Part shown: positions 34,773 to 36,947 of the stretch, piece after piece
Position numbering within the stretch: position 1 is the first letter of the stretch
Layout of the letters: every line of letters begins with the position of its first letter
From: a virus
Taxonomy: Duplodnaviria; Caudoviricetes
DNA length: 36,947 nucleotides
Virus record (IMG/VR): IMGVR_UViG_3300012346_000313
Span: 1-36,947 of that record
Direction: 5' to 3' (one strand)
The notes under the pieces: generated by a model
The model's database searches: none
What the model saw: the letters and a program-made list of their open reading frames with translations, nothing else
Told to the model about the DNA's origin: nothing
Position numbers and translations under genes: made by a program

Positions 34773-35231
34773 ATGAATTGCAAATTTTGTAATAAAGAGT
34801 TTGAGCCTGACAGATTTTATATTAAATACTGTTCATTCATTTGCCGAATGAAAGCCAGAGGAAATAAACTTAAATACCTCAATAAAAACATAAGGCAATG
34901 TATTATTTGCGGTTTAGATTTTAAACTAAAAACAGCCAACCAGATTACTTGCTCAGATAAGTGCAGGTTTAAACGTGAATCAAATATTAATCGTATTAAA
35001 TACAACCTAAAAAAGCCGGTGCAGGTAATCAAAAGCATAAATATTAAGGCTGCGAAAATAGATAGAAAAGAGATCGAAATGGATAGAAAAAGGGAAAGAG
35101 CTTTAAAAATGTCACCTGATATTGACAAATTAACTCCAGTAATAATTGATAAAAGGACTGTTATTTATATAAAGAGTTGGCAGAACCCAGAAGAGGTAAG
35201 GAATAATTTTATGTTAAGGTATAAATATTAA
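34773..35231 (+). CDS. Tandem zinc-finger protein
   Basis: Two CxxC...CSxxC units. Confidence 0.65.
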   Translation: MNCKFCNKEFEPDRFYIKYCSFICRMKARGNKLKYLNKNIRQCIICGLDFKLKTANQITCSDKCRFKRESNINRIKYNLKKPVQVIKSINIKAAKIDRKEIEMDRKRERALKMSPDIDKLTPVIIDKRTVIYIKSWQNPEEVRNNFMLRYKY

Positions 35232-35291
35232 ATAAAAGCAAGGCAATGAAAAAGCAAGCCTCAATTAAAACGCTTTTAAAGCACGCTACGG

Positions 35292-35615
35292 ATGAGTAGT
35301 TCAAACGATCTAACAAAGGCAATAATAAGGGTGCTGCAATACAACGGACACCATGCAGAAAGGGTTAATAACATTGCCCGTCAAATTAACGGTCACTTTG
35401 TTAAGAGTGGAAATACTAAAGGAACTGCCGACATTCACGCCTGTATTTATGGGTATTTCGTCGCTATTGAGGTGAAAATAGGAAAAGACAGGCAAAGTTT
35501 ATGGCAAAAAGAATATCAAAAATCAGTACAAAAGGCAAGAGGTTATTACTGGATAGTAAATTGTTTTGATGATTTTGAAAATAATTTTAATGATTTTGTA
35601 AAAGATATTATTTAA
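35292..35615 (+). CDS. VRR-NUC domain nuclease (putative resolvase)
   Basis: GTADI, AIEVK, QSLWQ, GYYWIV (PD-(D/E)xK fold). Confidence 0.85.
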   Translation: MSSSNDLTKAIIRVLQYNGHHAERVNNIARQINGHFVKSGNTKGTADIHACIYGYFVAIEVKIGKDRQSLWQKEYQKSVQKARGYYWIVNCFDDFENNFNDFVKDII

Positions 35616-35644
35616 ATGTTTAATATTGCACAAATTGATGTAAT

Positions 35645-36280
35645 ATGAAACGAAGGTTAAAATTAGAAAACGGTCAAAGGGTTGGTAAATTTACAGTGCT
35701 TTATGAGGTTGAAAGGCTTTCACTTCCTTGTGGTCAAAAAAACAGGGCTTTTCGTTGCCTTTGTGATTGTGGAAATGAAAAAATAGTCAGATTATCGCAC
35801 TTAACGAGGGGTAAAATACAAAGTTGCGGACACTGTAACGGAATAAATGGATTCGTAGGAACAAAAATTCACAACGTATGGCGGGGTATGTTGAACAGAG
35901 TAAAAGATTCTTATTTTCAATCACACCTTTACAACCAAAAAGGAATAATAGTTTGCCCTGAATGGAAATCATTTAAAGTATTCAAGGAATGGGCTTATAA
36001 CAATGGATTTAATGATTCTTTATTTATCGATAGAATTGATAACTTAAAAGGTTATTATCCTGAAAATTGCAGGTTTACAACTTCGCAAATAAACTGTTCA
36101 AATAGGGATAATACTTTTATGGTTAATTTCAATAATGAATTGATACCATTTACGATTTTGTTAGATAAATTGGATAAAAGAAAACACGCCGGAGCTATAA
36201 GAGGAAGAATAAAAAGAGGGTGGAATCATCAATTAGCTGTTATGTTACCGATTAGGGAAGGAAACTATTACAGGAAATAA
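35645..36280 (+). CDS. HNH-type homing endonuclease
   Basis: CLCDCG, SCGHC, GIIVCPEW, IDRIDNLKGYYPENCRF. Confidence 0.85.
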   Translation: MKRRLKLENGQRVGKFTVLYEVERLSLPCGQKNRAFRCLCDCGNEKIVRLSHLTRGKIQSCGHCNGINGFVGTKIHNVWRGMLNRVKDSYFQSHLYNQKGIIVCPEWKSFKVFKEWAYNNGFNDSLFIDRIDNLKGYYPENCRFTTSQINCSNRDNTFMVNFNNELIPFTILLDKLDKRKHAGAIRGRIKRGWNHQLAVMLPIREGNYYRK

Positions 36281-36298
36281 TCAATAAATACAAATAGC

Positions 36299-36460
36299 AT
36301 GAAAGAAATAATTAGGACAATAACATATTTTGTAATACTTGTACTGTTTGTAATTGATTATTTTATAACAAAAAATAAGATGGAAACTTGCATATTTTGG
36401 ATTGTTATAATAGGTTTTAATATTTGGTATGAGATTCAAATTTTAAATAAATACAAATGA
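36299..36460 (+). CDS. Small 2-TM protein (53 aa, not in ORF track)
   Basis: MKEIIRTITYFVILVLFVIDYF...IFWIVIIGFNIWY. Confidence 0.5.
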   Translation: MKEIIRTITYFVILVLFVIDYFITKNKMETCIFWIVIIGFNIWYEIQILNKYK

Positions 36461-36461
36461 C

Positions 36462-36620
36462 ATGGAAGAGCAATATTCAGCCGAATGGAAAAAGGAATTA
36501 ATGAGAATTAGTTTTAATGATTTAGAAAAGATTTTTACCCCGATGAAAAAGGAAAAAGGCGAGTTAAAAAAAGACTTCATTGAAAGGATTGAAAAACATT
36601 TACGGACTAAAAATAAATAG
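36462..36620 (+). CDS. Small charged protein (52 aa, not in ORF track)
   Basis: MEEQYSAEWKKELMR... fills the gap between neighbours. Confidence 0.45.
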   Translation: MEEQYSAEWKKELMRISFNDLEKIFTPMKKEKGELKKDFIERIEKHLRTKNK

Positions 36621-36622
36621 CC

Positions 36623-36946
36623 ATGTACGATTTATTCACTAATGCAGAAGGAGCTTTTTCAGATCAAAGTTTTTATAACACCACGCACGAAAAAGGCGAA
36701 ACGCTTGAGGTATTCCACCGGAAAGCGGACAGGCAAGATATGAAAGTATTAAATGCTTTTTCAATTTTTTTAAAATTATCACCAGAAGAATGTTGGAAAC
36801 TATTTTATTTTCAGGAAAAAGGAGTTCCATTAACAAGTATTCGCCGGTCAATAACGAACCTAACAAAAGCCGGTAAGCTGGTTAAGACCAACGAAAAGAG
36901 AATAGGTATTTATGGGCGGCCTGAATATATTTGGGAAATTTGCTAA
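36623..36946 (+). CDS. Winged-helix-like DNA-binding protein
   Basis: LTSIRRSITNLTKAGKLVKT...GRPEYIW. Confidence 0.6.
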   Translation: MYDLFTNAEGAFSDQSFYNTTHEKGETLEVFHRKADRQDMKVLNAFSIFLKLSPEECWKLFYFQEKGVPLTSIRRSITNLTKAGKLVKTNEKRIGIYGRPEYIWEIC

Positions 36947-36947
36947 C
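36893..36947. repeat. Terminal direct repeat, right copy
   Basis: Identical to 1-55. Confidence 0.97.

Noticed and set aside
278-36866. Minus-strand and nested ORFs in the track
   Set aside because: All are shadows of longer + strand genes or intergenic elements and show no recognisable motifs.
1-36947. CRISPR array, tRNA genes, diversity-generating retroelement, stop-codon recoding
   Set aside because: I saw no repeat-spacer array, cloverleaf, reverse transcriptase or template/variable repeat pair, and genes are intact in the standard code. This was by eye, so tRNAscan and CRISPR tools would be needed to confirm.

Overview
This looks like a complete ~36.9 kb AT-rich tailed-phage genome. 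Bases 1-55 are identical to 36893-36947, so the contig is circular or assembly-overlapped, with a unit length of 36,892 bp. All credible genes lie on the + strand. The host is probably Bacteroidota, judging from TTG-N17-21-TAnnTTTG promoters and Sec signal peptides followed by Gln. Gene order: NinB-like, HNH, SAM methyltransferase, GT4 glycosyltransferase; TerS/TerL; HK97-type portal, protease and capsid; tail tube, tape measure and tail-tip genes; a membrane/lysis region; recombination genes (YopX, YqaJ exonuclease); a GNAT-methyltransferase/radical SAM/MazG-like cluster; a DUF1376-like initiator with iterons; VRR-NUC and further HNH genes. I recognise no integrase, CI repressor, polymerase or endolysin. 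The most unusual signals are: (1) two integron-like gene cassettes with attC-type hairpins, each inserted exactly at a TAA|C stop codon, with no integrase in the genome; (2) four virion-module proteins with Sec signal peptides, +1 Gln and, in the tailspike, dense Bacteroidota O-glycosylation sequons, suggesting periplasmic maturation of virion parts; (3) two 114-bp promoter modules with identical spacing whose central 23-bp core is inverted between the copies; (4) a recurring a-b-a'-b'-poly(T) attenuator-like leader; (5) a candidate DNA-modification cluster. Product calls come from motif recognition by eye, not from database searches.
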